DNA from: Chloroflexia bacterium
Lineage (GTDB): Bacteria; Chloroflexota; Chloroflexia; Thermomicrobiales; CADCWN01
Assembly: GCA_046328475.1 (NCBI GenBank)
Contig: JAXLWN010000007.1
Coordinates: 20,001 to 84,000 of the forward strand
Length of the DNA: 64,000 bases
Reading direction: 5' to 3'
Below, piece by piece: positions 17,621 to 27,399 of this stretch. The notes beneath the pieces were generated by a model. That model was not told where the DNA came from. It did no database searches and was given only the letters and a program-made list of their open reading frames with translations. A program made the translations under genes and the position numbers. Position 1 is the first letter of the stretch. Each line of letters opens with the position of its first letter.

Positions 17621-17736
17621 TGACGAATGACGAATGACGAATGACGAATAGCGTGGATACGAAGGGCAGTGCAGGCGCTCCTGGCATCCCTACCAATCGT
17701 CAGTCCACATTCGTCATTCGTCATTCGTCATTCGTC
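17621..17736. repeat. Inverted heptamer arrays (TGACGAA)4 ... (ATTCGTC)4 around a 60-bp core, inside the ABC operon
   Basis: Read directly. The right arm abuts the stop codon of the binding-protein gene (17737). Confidence 0.92.
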
Positions 17737-19265
17737 TTACCGGACCTTCGCCCAGTAATCGTCGATCACCTGCTGACCTTCCTTCTGGATCGCGGTCAGC
17801 GCCGCCTTCGGCTCCTGCTCACCCTTGATGACCTTCAGCACGTAGTTGTTGATGACCGTGCCGAGGTCGAAGTAGAACGGCGAGCCGTAGCGCGCGGCCG
17901 GATACTTGCCCTGCTCCTTGACGGCGGCGAACTGCGGGGAGACCTTCGCCACCTCCGCGTCGTCGAAGACCGACTGCAAGGAGGGCGGGCGGCCCCACTT
18001 CAGCGCCACGATCTTCTGGATCTCGGGCGAGGCGATGAACTCGATCCAGGCCAGCGCCGTGTCCTTGTTCTTGCCGTACTTGTTCATCGCATAGCCCTCG
18101 AAGCCGTTGATCGAGGCGCTGCGCAGCTTGATCCCCGGCACGATGCCGGTCGCCGCCTTGCCGACGATCTGCGACTGGGTCGGGTCGAGCGAGAGGGCGT
18201 AGTGGTTCGGGAAGGCGAAGTAGTGCCCCATGTTCCCGGCGCGGAAGACCTTGCCCTGCTCGATCGAGCTGGCGACTGTGATCCCGGCCGGATCGGCAAC
18301 CTTCGACTTGACGTGGGCATCCTGCAACGCATCCAGCGTCGCCTGGCCGAACTCGTTGTCGGCCTGGAGCTTCTTCAGATCGTCGCTGAGCAGCTGGCCA
18401 CCAGTCGTGTTGAAGAGTTGGGCGAAGCTGACGAAGCCGGCGTTGGCGTCGCCGAAGGTGAAGAGCGTGGCGAACTTGCCACCGGTCGCCAGCTTCTTGC
18501 TGTAGTCCATGAACTCGGCCCAGCTCTGCGGCGGCTTGGCCGGGTCGAGGCCGGCGGCCTTGTAGAGATCGGTGTTCCACATGAAGATCGACATGTTCGC
18601 GTCGAACGGCAGTGCGTAGAGCTTGCCCAGGAAGGTGAACGCCTTGACCGGCGCGGGCACCAGGCTATCGACGATCGACTTGCTGACCTTGCCGGTCAGG
18701 TCCTCCATCAGGGCCGGGCCGTACTTCGCGTTCAGCGTCTCCCAGCTATAGAAGGTATCGAACGTCGAATCCTGGGACGCCACGAAGACCGCGTACTTGG
18801 CGTCGGCGTCGGCGCTGCCGATCTCCGTGAAGTTGACCTTGATCCCGGTCTTGTCCTGGAAGAGCGGAATCCAGAGATCCTTGACGTAGGCGGTGTGGTG
18901 GTTCGGGCTGAGGAGATTGAGCTCCTTGCCGGCGAGCGGCTTGGAGATCGAGGCGGCGGCGCTGGGCCGTGCCGAAGCGGAGGCAGCAGCAGCGGCCGAC
19001 GCCGGTGCCGCCGAGGCGGCGCCGCCGAGGCGGGCGCGGCGGCTGCGGATGCGGGCGCTGCCGAAGCCGCCGGTGCGCGGAAGCGGCCGGTGCGGCCGAG
19101 GCCCGCAGGCGCGGCGGATGCGGCGGCGGAAGGCTTCGCCGGTGCCGTTGTGGCGGTGGGTGTCGTGGAGCCGCACGCGCTGAGGACGGTCAACCCCAAC
19201 CCGAGGCCGGAGAACTTCAGGAAACCGCGCCGCGAAAGACGAAAGCGGGATCGATCGTACGCCAT
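17737..19265 (-). pseudogene. ABC transporter extracellular solute-binding protein (family 1); signal peptide and mature domain are out of frame
   Basis: The Tat/lipoprotein signal MAYDRSRFRLSRRGFLKFSGLGLGLTVLSACGS is in the 19265 frame. The mature SBP domain (..KPLAGKELNLLSPNHHTAYVKDLWIPLFQDKTGIKVNF..) is in the 17737..19296 frame. The switch must lie in the GC-rich Ala/Ser/Pro linker, at about 18990-19120. Confidence 0.8.
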
Positions 19266-19394
19266 GATGCACTCCTCCCCATTGCTCAATGCTCACGCAA
19301 GACCAGAAGACGCGCCCATCCCCCGAATCGTGCTACCCCACGTGTCTCGCGATAGGCGGGGCCGGTCGCCCGCCCAATCCCCCGGCGGTCGGCA

Positions 19395-20138
19395 TCATCT
19401 CGAAGCCAACCCGCCAGCACTCGGGGAATCCCCCAACTTTCCTGTCGCGGTCGCGCCATCCTCGCCGCGCACCGCCTCCAGCCGCTCCAGCACCTGCTCG
19501 GCCGTCTCCATGATGTGCGGGGGGAGCAGGCGCGCGGCCAACTCGCCGTCGCCCGCGCGCAGCGCCTCCAGAATCGGCCCATGCCCGCCCGCGATCAGGG
19601 AAGAATCGTCCATCAGGTCATATTTCAGGAGCAGGAAGGCGCGCAGCATCGTCTCCATGCCCACCCAGGTCTCCAGCAGGCGCTTGCTGCGCGCGAGGTG
19701 GCAGATCACCAGGTGGAACCGGAGATCGAGATCGACGATCGCCTCGAAATCCTGCCGCGCGCCCGCGTCGTAGAGGTCATCGACCAGGCTCTGGAGTTCG
19801 TCCAACTCCGCCTGCGTGATCGTCTGCGCCCCCACTCGCGCGGCGTGGGCCTCCAGCAGGCTGCGGAAATTGCAGATATCGCGCAGATCCGCAACCGTGA
19901 GCGTCGCGACGTAGGTCCCGCGCCGGTGATTGTTGACGACGAGGCCCTTGCTCTCCAGCAGGCGCAGCGCCTCGCGCACGGTCGCCCGGCTGACCTGCAG
20001 CGCGGCGGCCAGTTCGCTATCGACCAACCGCTCGCCCGGCTTCAGTTGCCCCACGCGGATCGCCTGGCGCAACTGCTGGTAGACGTGCGTCGCGATCGCC
20101 TGCGATTCGACAGGCGTTAGCATATCCGGGATCGGCAT
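19395..20138 (-). CDS. GntR family transcriptional regulator (FadR/FCD subfamily)
   Basis: The winged HTH reads LKPGERLVDSELAAALQVSRATVREALRLLESKGLV. An all-helical C-terminal FCD-like domain follows. Confidence 0.88.
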   Translation of the reverse strand: MPIPDMLTPVESQAIATHVYQQLRQAIRVGQLKPGERLVDSELAAALQVSRATVREALRLLESKGLVVNNHRRGTYVATLTVADLRDICNFRSLLEAHAARVGAQTITQAELDELQSLVDDLYDAGARQDFEAIVDLDLRFHLVICHLARSKRLLETWVGMETMLRAFLLLKYDLMDDSSLIAGGHGPILEALRAGDGELAARLLPPHIMETAEQVLERLEAVRGEDGATATGKLGDSPSAGGLASR

Positions 20139-20253
20139 CGCGCAGACCTCGCGCCAGACTGTCAGATTGTCAACATTCAGACTAGCAGATTATTCGTAGC
20201 CTATCATGACCGTTCGCTGCTGTCAATTGGTTGATCGCGAACAGAAACAAGGG

Positions 20254-20285
20254 GCGGGCGGAGCGATCAAGGTCGCTCCGCCCGC
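20254..20285 (-). terminator. Stem-loop (13-bp stem) downstream of the TPP-enzyme gene
   Basis: gcgggcggagcga-tcaagg-tcgctccgcccgc. It lies 39 nt past the stop at 20324. Confidence 0.5.
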
Positions 20286-20323
20286 TGCTCATCCTGCCGG
20301 GGATATACTCTCTCTACGGCAAC

Positions 20324-21871
20324 CTACCCGATGATCAACTCGATCAGGAACGGCCCGCGCTGCTTGAAGCTCTGCGTCAGCAGATCGGCGCACTCCTCCA
20401 TGTTCGTCGCCCGCGCGGCCTCCACGCCCATGCCGTTGGCGAGCTTCACCCAGTCGAGCGGCGGGTTGTCCAGCCCGAGCATCCGCATCGCCGTCTCGCC
20501 CGGCGTCGCGCCGACGTTCGTGTATTCGCCGATCAGGATGTTGTACTTGCTGTTGTTCAGCAGAATCGTGGTGCAGGGCAGCTGCTCGTGGGCCTGGGTC
20601 CAGAGCGACTGCAACGAATACATCGCCGAGCCGTCCGCTTGCAGGCTGATCACCCGCCGCTCGCCGCCCGCGCCGATCGCCGCCCCGGTGGCCACCGGCA
20701 GGCCGTCGCCGATCGCGCCGCCGGTCAGTTGCAGCCAGTCGTGGGGCGGGGAGGCGTGCGTGTACCCATAGAAGCTGCGCCCGAACGTCACGCTCTCGTC
20801 GGAGACGATGGCGTTCTCGGGCATCAGCGCCGCCACCGTGCTCGCCAGCGAATCGGGGGTGATCGCGCCGCGCGCCACCTCCGGGCGCGGGCCGGGATCG
20901 GGGATGGCCACCTCCGGGGCAGCGAGTTCATCGACCAGCGCCTGGAGCGCCTGCTCGGCGTCCTGCCCGTAGCGCGACAGGGTGTGCAGCTGGGCGTGCG
21001 GCGGGTAGTGTCGCGAGGGCTTGCCGGGGTAGGCGAAGAAGCCGACCGGCGGCTTGGCATTCACCAGGATGATGTGGTTGAACCGGCTCAACGCCTTGAC
21101 CGCCACATCGACGGGGTAGGGGACGCGCTCGACTTGCAGCCGACCGCGACCGCGCGCCAGCCGCCCGTTCACGAAATCGACCATCAGCGCCGCGCCGGTC
21201 GCCTGCGCTAGCCGCCAGGCCAGCGCCTGCGCCGGGGCCTGGGCACCCTGCCCCGCCAGCAGAATCAGCGTCTCCTTGCCATGCTCTCGCAGCGCCCGCG
21301 CGGCCGATTGGATCGCGTGCGGATCGAGCGGCACCGGGGCCGGTACGGGGAGCGGCTGGGCGATCGCGCCGCCAGCATCCCAGGAGGTATCGGACGGCAG
21401 AATCAGCGTCGCGATTTGCCCGGGCATCGTGCGCGCGGCCTGGACCGCCGCCGCCGCATCCTTGCCGACCTCGGCCGAGGCGGTGCTGGTGCGCACCCAG
21501 CCCGAGACGGTGCGCGCCAGCGCATCGGTGTCGGCGGTCAGCGGCGCGTCGAACGGGCGGTGATAGGTCGCCTGGTCGCCGACGATGTTCACGATGCCGC
21601 TGCGCGCCCGGCGGGCATTGTGGAGATTCGCCAGCCCGTTCGCCAGCCCCGGTCCGCAGTGCAGCAGCGTGCAGGCGGGCTTGCCCGCAAGGCGATAATA
21701 GCCATCGGCCATGCCGGTGACGACATTCTCCTGCAACCCCAGAACGCAGAGCATCCCCGGAATCTCGTCGAGCGCGGCGACGAAGTGCATCTCGCTCGTG
21801 CCCGGATTGGCGAAGCAGGTATCGACCCCCGACAGCAGCAGGGTATGGACAAGACTCTCCGCGCCGTTCAT
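20324..21871 (-). CDS. Thiamine-pyrophosphate-dependent enzyme (acetolactate synthase large-subunit-like)
   Basis: The N-terminal Pyr domain reads MNGAESLVHTLLLSGVDTCFANPGTSEMHF. The C-terminal TPP-binding motif is GGAIGDGLPVATGAA..SLQADGSAMYSLQSLWT. The start was set at MNGAESL (21871). Confidence 0.85.
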   Translation of the reverse strand: MNGAESLVHTLLLSGVDTCFANPGTSEMHFVAALDEIPGMLCVLGLQENVVTGMADGYYRLAGKPACTLLHCGPGLANGLANLHNARRARSGIVNIVGDQATYHRPFDAPLTADTDALARTVSGWVRTSTASAEVGKDAAAAVQAARTMPGQIATLILPSDTSWDAGGAIAQPLPVPAPVPLDPHAIQSAARALREHGKETLILLAGQGAQAPAQALAWRLAQATGAALMVDFVNGRLARGRGRLQVERVPYPVDVAVKALSRFNHIILVNAKPPVGFFAYPGKPSRHYPPHAQLHTLSRYGQDAEQALQALVDELAAPEVAIPDPGPRPEVARGAITPDSLASTVAALMPENAIVSDESVTFGRSFYGYTHASPPHDWLQLTGGAIGDGLPVATGAAIGAGGERRVISLQADGSAMYSLQSLWTQAHEQLPCTTILLNNSKYNILIGEYTNVGATPGETAMRMLGLDNPPLDWVKLANGMGVEAARATNMEECADLLTQSFKQRGPFLIELIIG

Positions 21872-22029
21872 CCGATCCTCCTCACCCGACACGCCCCCAA
21901 GAGCATCCCGCACGCAGGGGCAACGACACCGACAACCCCCAACCGCCCACAATGCGCGAGATAGTATCATCGCCGGGCAACGACGAACAAAAAGGGCGGG
22001 GCAGCACACGCCACCCCGCCCCTCTTCTC

Positions 22030-22057
22030 ACGACTTACGACTTACGACTTACGACTC
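22030..22057. repeat. Tandem heptamer array (ACGACTT)3 ACGACTC just downstream of lon
   Basis: Read directly. AGTCGTA, the reverse complement of the rotated unit TACGACT, recurs at 56674 and 56695. Confidence 0.9.
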
Positions 22058-22063
22058 GCCCGC

Positions 22064-24649
22064 TCACGCGCTCGCCGCGACCGGCAGCCGCTCGCGGTCG
22101 AGTTCTGGCACGCTGCCGCCGACGGCGGCGACGCGCTCGAAGACGGTCGGGAGGGCAGCCTTCAGCACGTCGTCCATCGTCGTCGCGGGCACCCAGTTGA
22201 CCGCGTTCCGCATCTCCTCGGGCACGTCGTCGAGGTCGCCCTCGTTGCGCACCGGGAAGACGATCGTCCGCAGACCCGCGCGATAGGCCGCCATCGACTT
22301 GTCCTTCAACCCGCCGATCGGCAGTACCTGGCCGCGCAGCGTGATCTCGCCCGTCATCGCCACGTCGTCGCGCACCGGCGTGTTCGTCAGCAGCGAGACC
22401 AGCGCCGTCGCCATCGTCACGCCCGCCGAGGGGCCATCCTTCGGCACCGCGCCCGCCGGGACGTGGATGTGGATGTCCGACTCCTTCAGGAAGTTTGGAT
22501 CGATCCCCAGCCGCTCGGCGCGCGAGCGCACGTAGGAGAGCGCCGCCTGCGTCGATTCCTTCATCACGTCGCCCAGTTGCCCGGTGACGATCAGGTTGCC
22601 CCGACCCGGCACCTTCGTCGCCTCGATGAAGGTCAAGTCGCCGCCGACCGAGGTGACGACCATGCCGGTCGCCACGCCGGGGATGGCGGTGCGGGTGGCG
22701 ATATCCTCGTAGTAGAACTTGCGCCGCCCCAGGTAGTCGCGGATCACCTGCGGCGTCACGTCCACCGACGCGATCTTCCCGGCCGCGATGCCCGTGGCCG
22801 CCTTGCGCGCCACCGAGCCGATCTCGCGCTCCAGGTTGCGGACGCCCGCCTCGCGGGTGTAGCCCGCGATGATCTCGGAGACCGCGTCCTCCTGCCAGTG
22901 CAGCTCCTCGTCCTTCAGCCCGTTGGCCTTGAGCATCTTCGGCACGAGGTACTTCAGCGCGATCTGGCGCTTCTCCTCGTCGGTGTAGCCCGACAGCGGG
23001 ATGATCTCCATGCGGTCGCGCAGCGGCCCGGGGATGGTATCGAGCTGGTTCGCAGTGCAGATGAACATCACCTTCGACAGGTCGAACGAGACATCCAGGT
23101 AGTGGTCCCGGAAGGTGTTGTTCTGCTCCGGATCGAGCACTTCCAGCAGCGCCGACGACGGGTCGCCGCGCCAGTCGGAGCCGATCTTGTCGACCTCGTC
23201 CAGCACGAAGACCGGGTCGTTCGAGCCCGAGCGCCGGATCGCCTGGATGATCCGCCCCGGCATCGCGCCGATGTAGGTGCGCCGGTGGCCGCGAATCTCC
23301 GACTCGTCCCGCACGCCGCCGAGCGACATGCGCGTCAGGTGCCGCCCCAGCGCGTGGGCGATCGACTGCGCCAGGCTCGTCTTGCCGACGCCCGGGGGGC
23401 CGACGAAGCAGAGGATCGGCTCGCGGTTCAGCTCCGCGCCGTCCGCGCCGCGCTCCTTCTTCAGCTTGCGCACCGCCAGGTATTCGAGGATGCGATCCTT
23501 CGGCTTCTCCAGCCCGTAGTGCTCATCCTCCAAAATCTGCCGCGTCTTGGCGATGTCGATCTCCTCCTCGGTGCTGACGTTCCACGGCAGGGAAACCAGC
23601 CACTCCAGGTAGGTCTTGATCACGCCATACTCGGCGGCCTGCGGCGGCAGCTTGCTCAGGCGCTCCAGCTCGCGGTTCGCCTCCTTCTCCGCCTCCTCCG
23701 GCATCTTGGCGTCGGCGATCTTCTTGCGGTACTCGGCGATCTCCGCTTCCTGCTCGTTGCTCTCGCCCAGTTCCTTCTGGATCGCCTTCAACTGCTCGCG
23801 CAGGTAGTATTCGCGCTGATTCTTGCCGACTTCCTCCTGGACCTCGGACTGGATCTTCTTGCCGATTTCGAGGACTTCGAGTTCCCGGCTCATGTGGCCG
23901 TTCAACTCCTCGAACTTCGCCTTGACCTCGTCGATCTCCAGCAGCTTCTGCTTCTGCTCGGCGTCGAGCCGCAGGTTGGAGCCGATGAAGTAGGCGAGGT
24001 GGCGCGGGTCCTCGATGTTGATCGCCACCGTCAGCAGATCGTCCGCCAGGTTCGGCGCGATCGCCACCAGCCGACCGAAGAGATCGATCGTGGCGCGCAT
24101 CTGCCCCTGGATCTCGAGCGTGTCCTCGACCTGCTCGGGGGCATACTCGACCTTCGCGCGCAGATACGGCTGCTCCTGCACGAACTCGCCGATCTTGATC
24201 CGCTCCACGCCCTGGAGGACCAGGCGCACCGTGCCATCCGGCACGCGCATCATCTGGTGGATGATGCCCATCGCGCCGATTTCCAGCGTGTCGCCCGGCT
24301 TCACCGAGTCGCCCGGCTGCTCGGCATCCTTCTGCATCACCAGTCCGACCATCCGGTCGCCGTTGACCACGTCGTCGATCAGCCGCAGCGAGCGGGCCTG
24401 CCCGGCCGCCAACGGCACCACGATCTGCGGGAAGACGACCGTGCCGCGCAGGGGCAGGATCGGCAGGGTCTCGGGCACCGGCTGCGACGGCAACTGCTCC
24501 TTGCCGCCCACCTCCTGCGCCGGTGGTGGGGGAGCCGCAGCGGTACCGCTCTGCTCGGGCACCGGCGACGGCACTGGCTCCTTGTCGCCCGGCTCCGGCA
24601 CCGGCTGCTCCTGATTCTTGTTCACCTTGTTCTCTTGCTCTTCCGGCAC
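22064..24649 (-). CDS. lon: ATP-dependent Lon protease (endopeptidase La)
   Basis: LON N-domain [16 protein letters not shown]+ Walker [10 protein letters not shown], and the protease domain with [15 protein letters not shown] (catalytic Ser). 861 aa with a Pro/Glu-rich N-terminal tail. Confidence 0.97.
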   Translation of the reverse strand: MPEEQENKVNKNQEQPVPEPGDKEPVPSPVPEQSGTAAAPPPPAQEVGGKEQLPSQPVPETLPILPLRGTVVFPQIVVPLAAGQARSLRLIDDVVNGDRMVGLVMQKDAEQPGDSVKPGDTLEIGAMGIIHQMMRVPDGTVRLVLQGVERIKIGEFVQEQPYLRAKVEYAPEQVEDTLEIQGQMRATIDLFGRLVAIAPNLADDLLTVAINIEDPRHLAYFIGSNLRLDAEQKQKLLEIDEVKAKFEELNGHMSRELEVLEIGKKIQSEVQEEVGKNQREYYLREQLKAIQKELGESNEQEAEIAEYRKKIADAKMPEEAEKEANRELERLSKLPPQAAEYGVIKTYLEWLVSLPWNVSTEEEIDIAKTRQILEDEHYGLEKPKDRILEYLAVRKLKKERGADGAELNREPILCFVGPPGVGKTSLAQSIAHALGRHLTRMSLGGVRDESEIRGHRRTYIGAMPGRIIQAIRRSGSNDPVFVLDEVDKIGSDWRGDPSSALLEVLDPEQNNTFRDHYLDVSFDLSKVMFICTANQLDTIPGPLRDRMEIIPLSGYTDEEKRQIALKYLVPKMLKANGLKDEELHWQEDAVSEIIAGYTREAGVRNLEREIGSVARKAATGIAAGKIASVDVTPQVIRDYLGRRKFYYEDIATRTAIPGVATGMVVTSVGGDLTFIEATKVPGRGNLIVTGQLGDVMKESTQAALSYVRSRAERLGIDPNFLKESDIHIHVPAGAVPKDGPSAGVTMATALVSLLTNTPVRDDVAMTGEITLRGQVLPIGGLKDKSMAAYRAGLRTIVFPVRNEGDLDDVPEEMRNAVNWVPATTMDDVLKAALPTVFERVAAVGGSVPELDRERLPVAASA

Positions 24650-24670
24650 GCTGTCCTGCCTTTCGGTAGC

Positions 24671-24746
24671 CAGTCGTCAGTCGTCAGTCGTCAGTCGTCA
24701 GTAGATACGAAATACACCGACGCACCGACGCACGAATGCACTGACG
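24671..24746. repeat. Tandem arrays (CAGTCGT)4 followed by an octamer array (CACNNACG)4 between hsp20 and lon
   Basis: Read directly. CAGTCGT is the reverse complement of ACGACTG. That unit matches 6 of 7 positions of the unit downstream of lon. Confidence 0.9.
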
Positions 24747-24751
24747 CACTA

Positions 24752-25222
24752 CTACTCCTCGTCTTGCCCGTTGGTATTCGCCGTGGTCACCCGCACCGAG
24801 CGCGGCACCACCCGGCGAGGCGGCACTTTGGGGAGGATGATCTGCAACACGCCCGCCTCGTAGGTCGCCTCGACCGCGTCGGGGGCGATGGCGAAGGGGA
24901 TGAAGACCTCCGCCGCGAAGGGGCCGTAGGCGATGTCCATCTGGTGATAGACCCGCTTCTCCTCGTGCGCCTCGCGTCGGCGCACGCCGCGCACGCGCAG
25001 CAGGTGCTCCTCCACCGAGACGTCGAGCGCCTCCTCGTCGATCCCGGCGAGTTCGGCCCGCACGACGAGCGAGTTGCCCGTCTCGTACACCTCCAGGTGC
25101 GGTCGCCAGACCCCCGCCACCTGGTGCTGCATCCGATTGACGAGGGCCTGGAACGCCCCCTCCATCTCGGACTGAATCTGCTCGGCCTGCCGACTCATCA
25201 GCAACCGTCGAGTCCGGTCCAT
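24752..25222 (-). CDS. Hsp20/alpha-crystallin family small heat-shock protein
   Basis: The alpha-crystallin domain reads WRPHLEVYETGNSLVVRAELAGIDEEALDVSVEEHLLRVRGVRR..AYGPFAAEVFIPFAIAPDAVEATYEAGVLQIILPK. The start was set at MDRTRRLL (25222). Confidence 0.9.
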   Translation of the reverse strand: MDRTRRLLMSRQAEQIQSEMEGAFQALVNRMQHQVAGVWRPHLEVYETGNSLVVRAELAGIDEEALDVSVEEHLLRVRGVRRREAHEEKRVYHQMDIAYGPFAAEVFIPFAIAPDAVEATYEAGVLQIILPKVPPRRVVPRSVRVTTANTNGQDEE

Positions 25223-25322
25223 CGTCTGTCTCCCACCTCCGCGACGCCCCCGCCGCCTCGACATCCTGAGCTCTCGCCGGAATGCCGCCGCACGCGCCGC
25301 GCCACATCCTATCGATGCGTCA

Positions 25323-25351
25323 AGTATACGCTCTTTCAGCCATCTTGACAA
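25323..25351 (-). promoter_or_regulatory. Candidate sigma-70-type promoter for hsp20(-lon): TTGTCA-17 bp-TATACT
   Basis: Minus-strand reading: ttgtca agatggctgaaagagcg tatact, about 95 nt upstream of the hsp20 ATG. The same spot carries the direct repeat CTTGACAA..CTTGACAA on the plus strand. Confidence 0.4.
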
Positions 25352-25734
25352 GACTTCTTGACAATGCAGATTATAGCTAAGCGGCTACATCTGACTATCA
25401 TTACCCGCTACAACGTGTAGCGAGCAAGAACTATTCCACCAACTTCCAACCAGGGATCGACAGCACCACCGGGACACCAGGGACACGAAGCAGAACGAGT
25501 AAAAATCACAGAGGGCACAGCGTACACCGCGACGAAAAAGAAGCATGAGCAAGGAGCGCAGTTGCCGCCCCTCATTCATGCTTAACTAACGCACGCAGCG
25601 CCCACTCTGTTCTTTGCGGAGAAAAGCGATTTCGTCTCCGCGTCGTGCTCCGCGTCTCCGCGCCTCTGCGGTCTTACTCTCTTCTCTCTTCTCTCCACTC
25701 TCCTCATCCCCTCGTCTTGGCGGTTCAATCCCCG

Positions 25735-26658
25735 TCAGACGTAGAGGATGACGACGCAGGTAGCGACCCAGAGGACGACGCAGGCGAGCAGCGGGCGGTC
25801 GGCGAGCATCACCTGCTCGGGGCTGCCCCCCTCGTTCTTGCGATAGACGAGGTAGAGGTAGCGGAAGAGGCCGTAGAGGACGAAGGGGATGGTCAGCATC
25901 ATCGAGTGGTTCTTCGGCAGGTTCTCCGCCGAGAAGGTGTAGAGCGCGTAGGCCATCACGATCGACGCGGTGACGATCGCGATCAACTCTTCCAGTAGCG
26001 TGGCCGAGTACTCCTCCAACACGCGGCGGTGCTGCCCGGCGGTCTCGTTCAGCAGCATGATCTCCGCGCGCCGCTTGCCGAAGCCGAGGAAGAGCGCCCC
26101 CAGGCCGATCAGCGTGTAGAACCAGGGCGAGATCGGCACCCCGATCGCCACCGCGCCCGCGATGGCGCGCAGCACGAAGCCTGACGAGATGATGAAGACA
26201 TCGAGGATCACCTGGTGCTTGAGGCCGAACGAGTAGCCGACCTGCACCGCGAAGTAGACCCCCACCACCAGCGCCAACAACGGGCGCATCAACCCCGCGC
26301 CGACCAGCGCCACCACGATCAGCAGCGCGCAGGTGAGCCAGGCGAGCGACACCGGCAGTTCCCCGGCGGCGATCGGGCGGAAACGCTTCTTGGGGTGGAG
26401 CCGATCCTGCTCCACATCCTTCAAGTCGTTGAGCAGGTAGACCGCGCTGCTCGTCAGGCAGAAGAGGCCATAGGCGGCGACGGCCTGGAGCAGCGGGATC
26501 AGGTCGAACAGGCTGATCGCGGCGGCGCCCTCCTGCGGGCGGCGCGCGAAGATCAGCGCGGTGAAGACCAGCAGGTTCTTGGTGATCGCCTGGCGCGGGC
26601 GCAGCGCCGCCACCAGCGCAGCGGGCAGCGACCGGCGACGCCTCGTCGGCTCATCCAT
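25735..26658 (-). CDS. UbiA-family prenyltransferase, decaprenyl-phosphate phosphoribosyltransferase-like
   Basis: LRPRQAITKNLLVF.. and the Asp-rich motif LLNDLKDVEQDRLHPKKRFRPIAAGEL. Multiple TM helices. The start was set at MDEPTRRRR (26658). Confidence 0.8.
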   Translation of the reverse strand: MDEPTRRRRSLPAALVAALRPRQAITKNLLVFTALIFARRPQEGAAAISLFDLIPLLQAVAAYGLFCLTSSAVYLLNDLKDVEQDRLHPKKRFRPIAAGELPVSLAWLTCALLIVVALVGAGLMRPLLALVVGVYFAVQVGYSFGLKHQVILDVFIISSGFVLRAIAGAVAIGVPISPWFYTLIGLGALFLGFGKRRAEIMLLNETAGQHRRVLEEYSATLLEELIAIVTASIVMAYALYTFSAENLPKNHSMMLTIPFVLYGLFRYLYLVYRKNEGGSPEQVMLADRPLLACVVLWVATCVVILYV

Positions 26659-26956
26659 GGGCGGCGGTGCGCCAAGATCGGGAAGCTCCACCAGTTCACT
26701 CGTCGCCACGCCCGCCACCCTCACCTGGTACGAAGTACCGCCCCAGCGGCGGCCCACACGATAATGATGCCCGGTCGCGCCGTATGTGTCGATGGTACAT
26801 TATGGGCGGTTCCCGATCCACCCGAGGTACCAGAGTACCTTTCGCCACATTGAGCGATCTCTCGCCCAACGATCGGCCCCGACCACACCAAACGCAACGA
26901 GCGGAGGCCCATCGCCCCCGCTCGAATATCGCTCGTCTTGTGGAGAAATGCGCAGC

Positions 26957-27163
26957 TTACGCGCGCCCAGGTCGGGACAAGTGCCCGCGCCCGAGGCGCG
27001 TCGCCAACCCATCGCGCACCCGCGTCGCCGCCTCCCGTTCGAGCGCGGCGAGGAGCCGCTCGTAGCGCGCCACCAGCGCCGGATCACCATGCTCCGGCAC
27101 CATCTCACGCTCACGAGCGGCGCGTTCGCGCCGTGGGGTTGTCGCTATCCGCTGTCGTTCCAT
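26957..27163 (-). CDS. Small hypothetical protein (68 aa, Arg/Glu-rich helical)
   Basis: ATG is preceded by AGGAGGG. GC3 is high. No domain was recognised. This could be a chance ORF. Confidence 0.3.
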   Translation of the reverse strand: MERQRIATTPRRERAAREREMVPEHGDPALVARYERLLAALEREAATRVRDGLATRLGRGHLSRPGRA

Positions 27164-27243
27164 GCCGCCCTCCTGGCGTCAGCCGCATAACTCACGCCAA
27201 TAGCCCAGCAAGGCCCGTGCCAGACAACGCACCACATGACAAC

Positions 27244-27327
27244 TCGTCACTCCTCGCTCCTCCGTCGCTCGTACTTCGTCGTTCGTACTTCGTACTTGAC
27301 TCAGCACTCAGCACTCAGCACTTCGCA
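27244..27327. repeat. Twelve consecutive in-register heptamers of mixed sequence (..TACTTCG TCGTTCG TACTTCG TACTTGA CTCAGCA x3 CTTCGCA)
   Basis: Read directly. It combines the units seen at 4021 (TCAGCAC) and 56025 (TACTTCG). Confidence 0.85.
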
Positions 27328-27399
27328 GTTGCCCCGTGCGCCCGGAACGCGTACCCTTCGCGCGGACGCCGCGACGGTGCGGTGGCGAGGAGGGGTGGC

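Noticed and set aside
25222-25380. CIRCE (HrcA) or HAIR (HspR) operators upstream of hsp20.
   Set aside because: I searched the region by eye on both strands and found neither consensus inverted repeat.
25716-25735. ggcggttcaatccccgtc resembles a tRNA T-arm (GGTTCAATCC).
   Set aside because: The flanking bases do not form the 5-bp T-stem. No acceptor, D or anticodon arms can be drawn around it. I found no tRNA, rRNA, tmRNA or RNase P signatures anywhere in the window.
26786-27399. The long N-terminal extension of the HD-domain ORF (26938..27984, 348 aa) and other extended ORF-track starts (15772, 17696, 22009, 25351, 30431, 35159, 49082).
   Set aside because: The extensions are Arg/Pro-rich, read through repeat arrays or intergenic hairpins, and lack SD sequences. 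Internal Met/Val starts with conserved N-terminal motifs were preferred.
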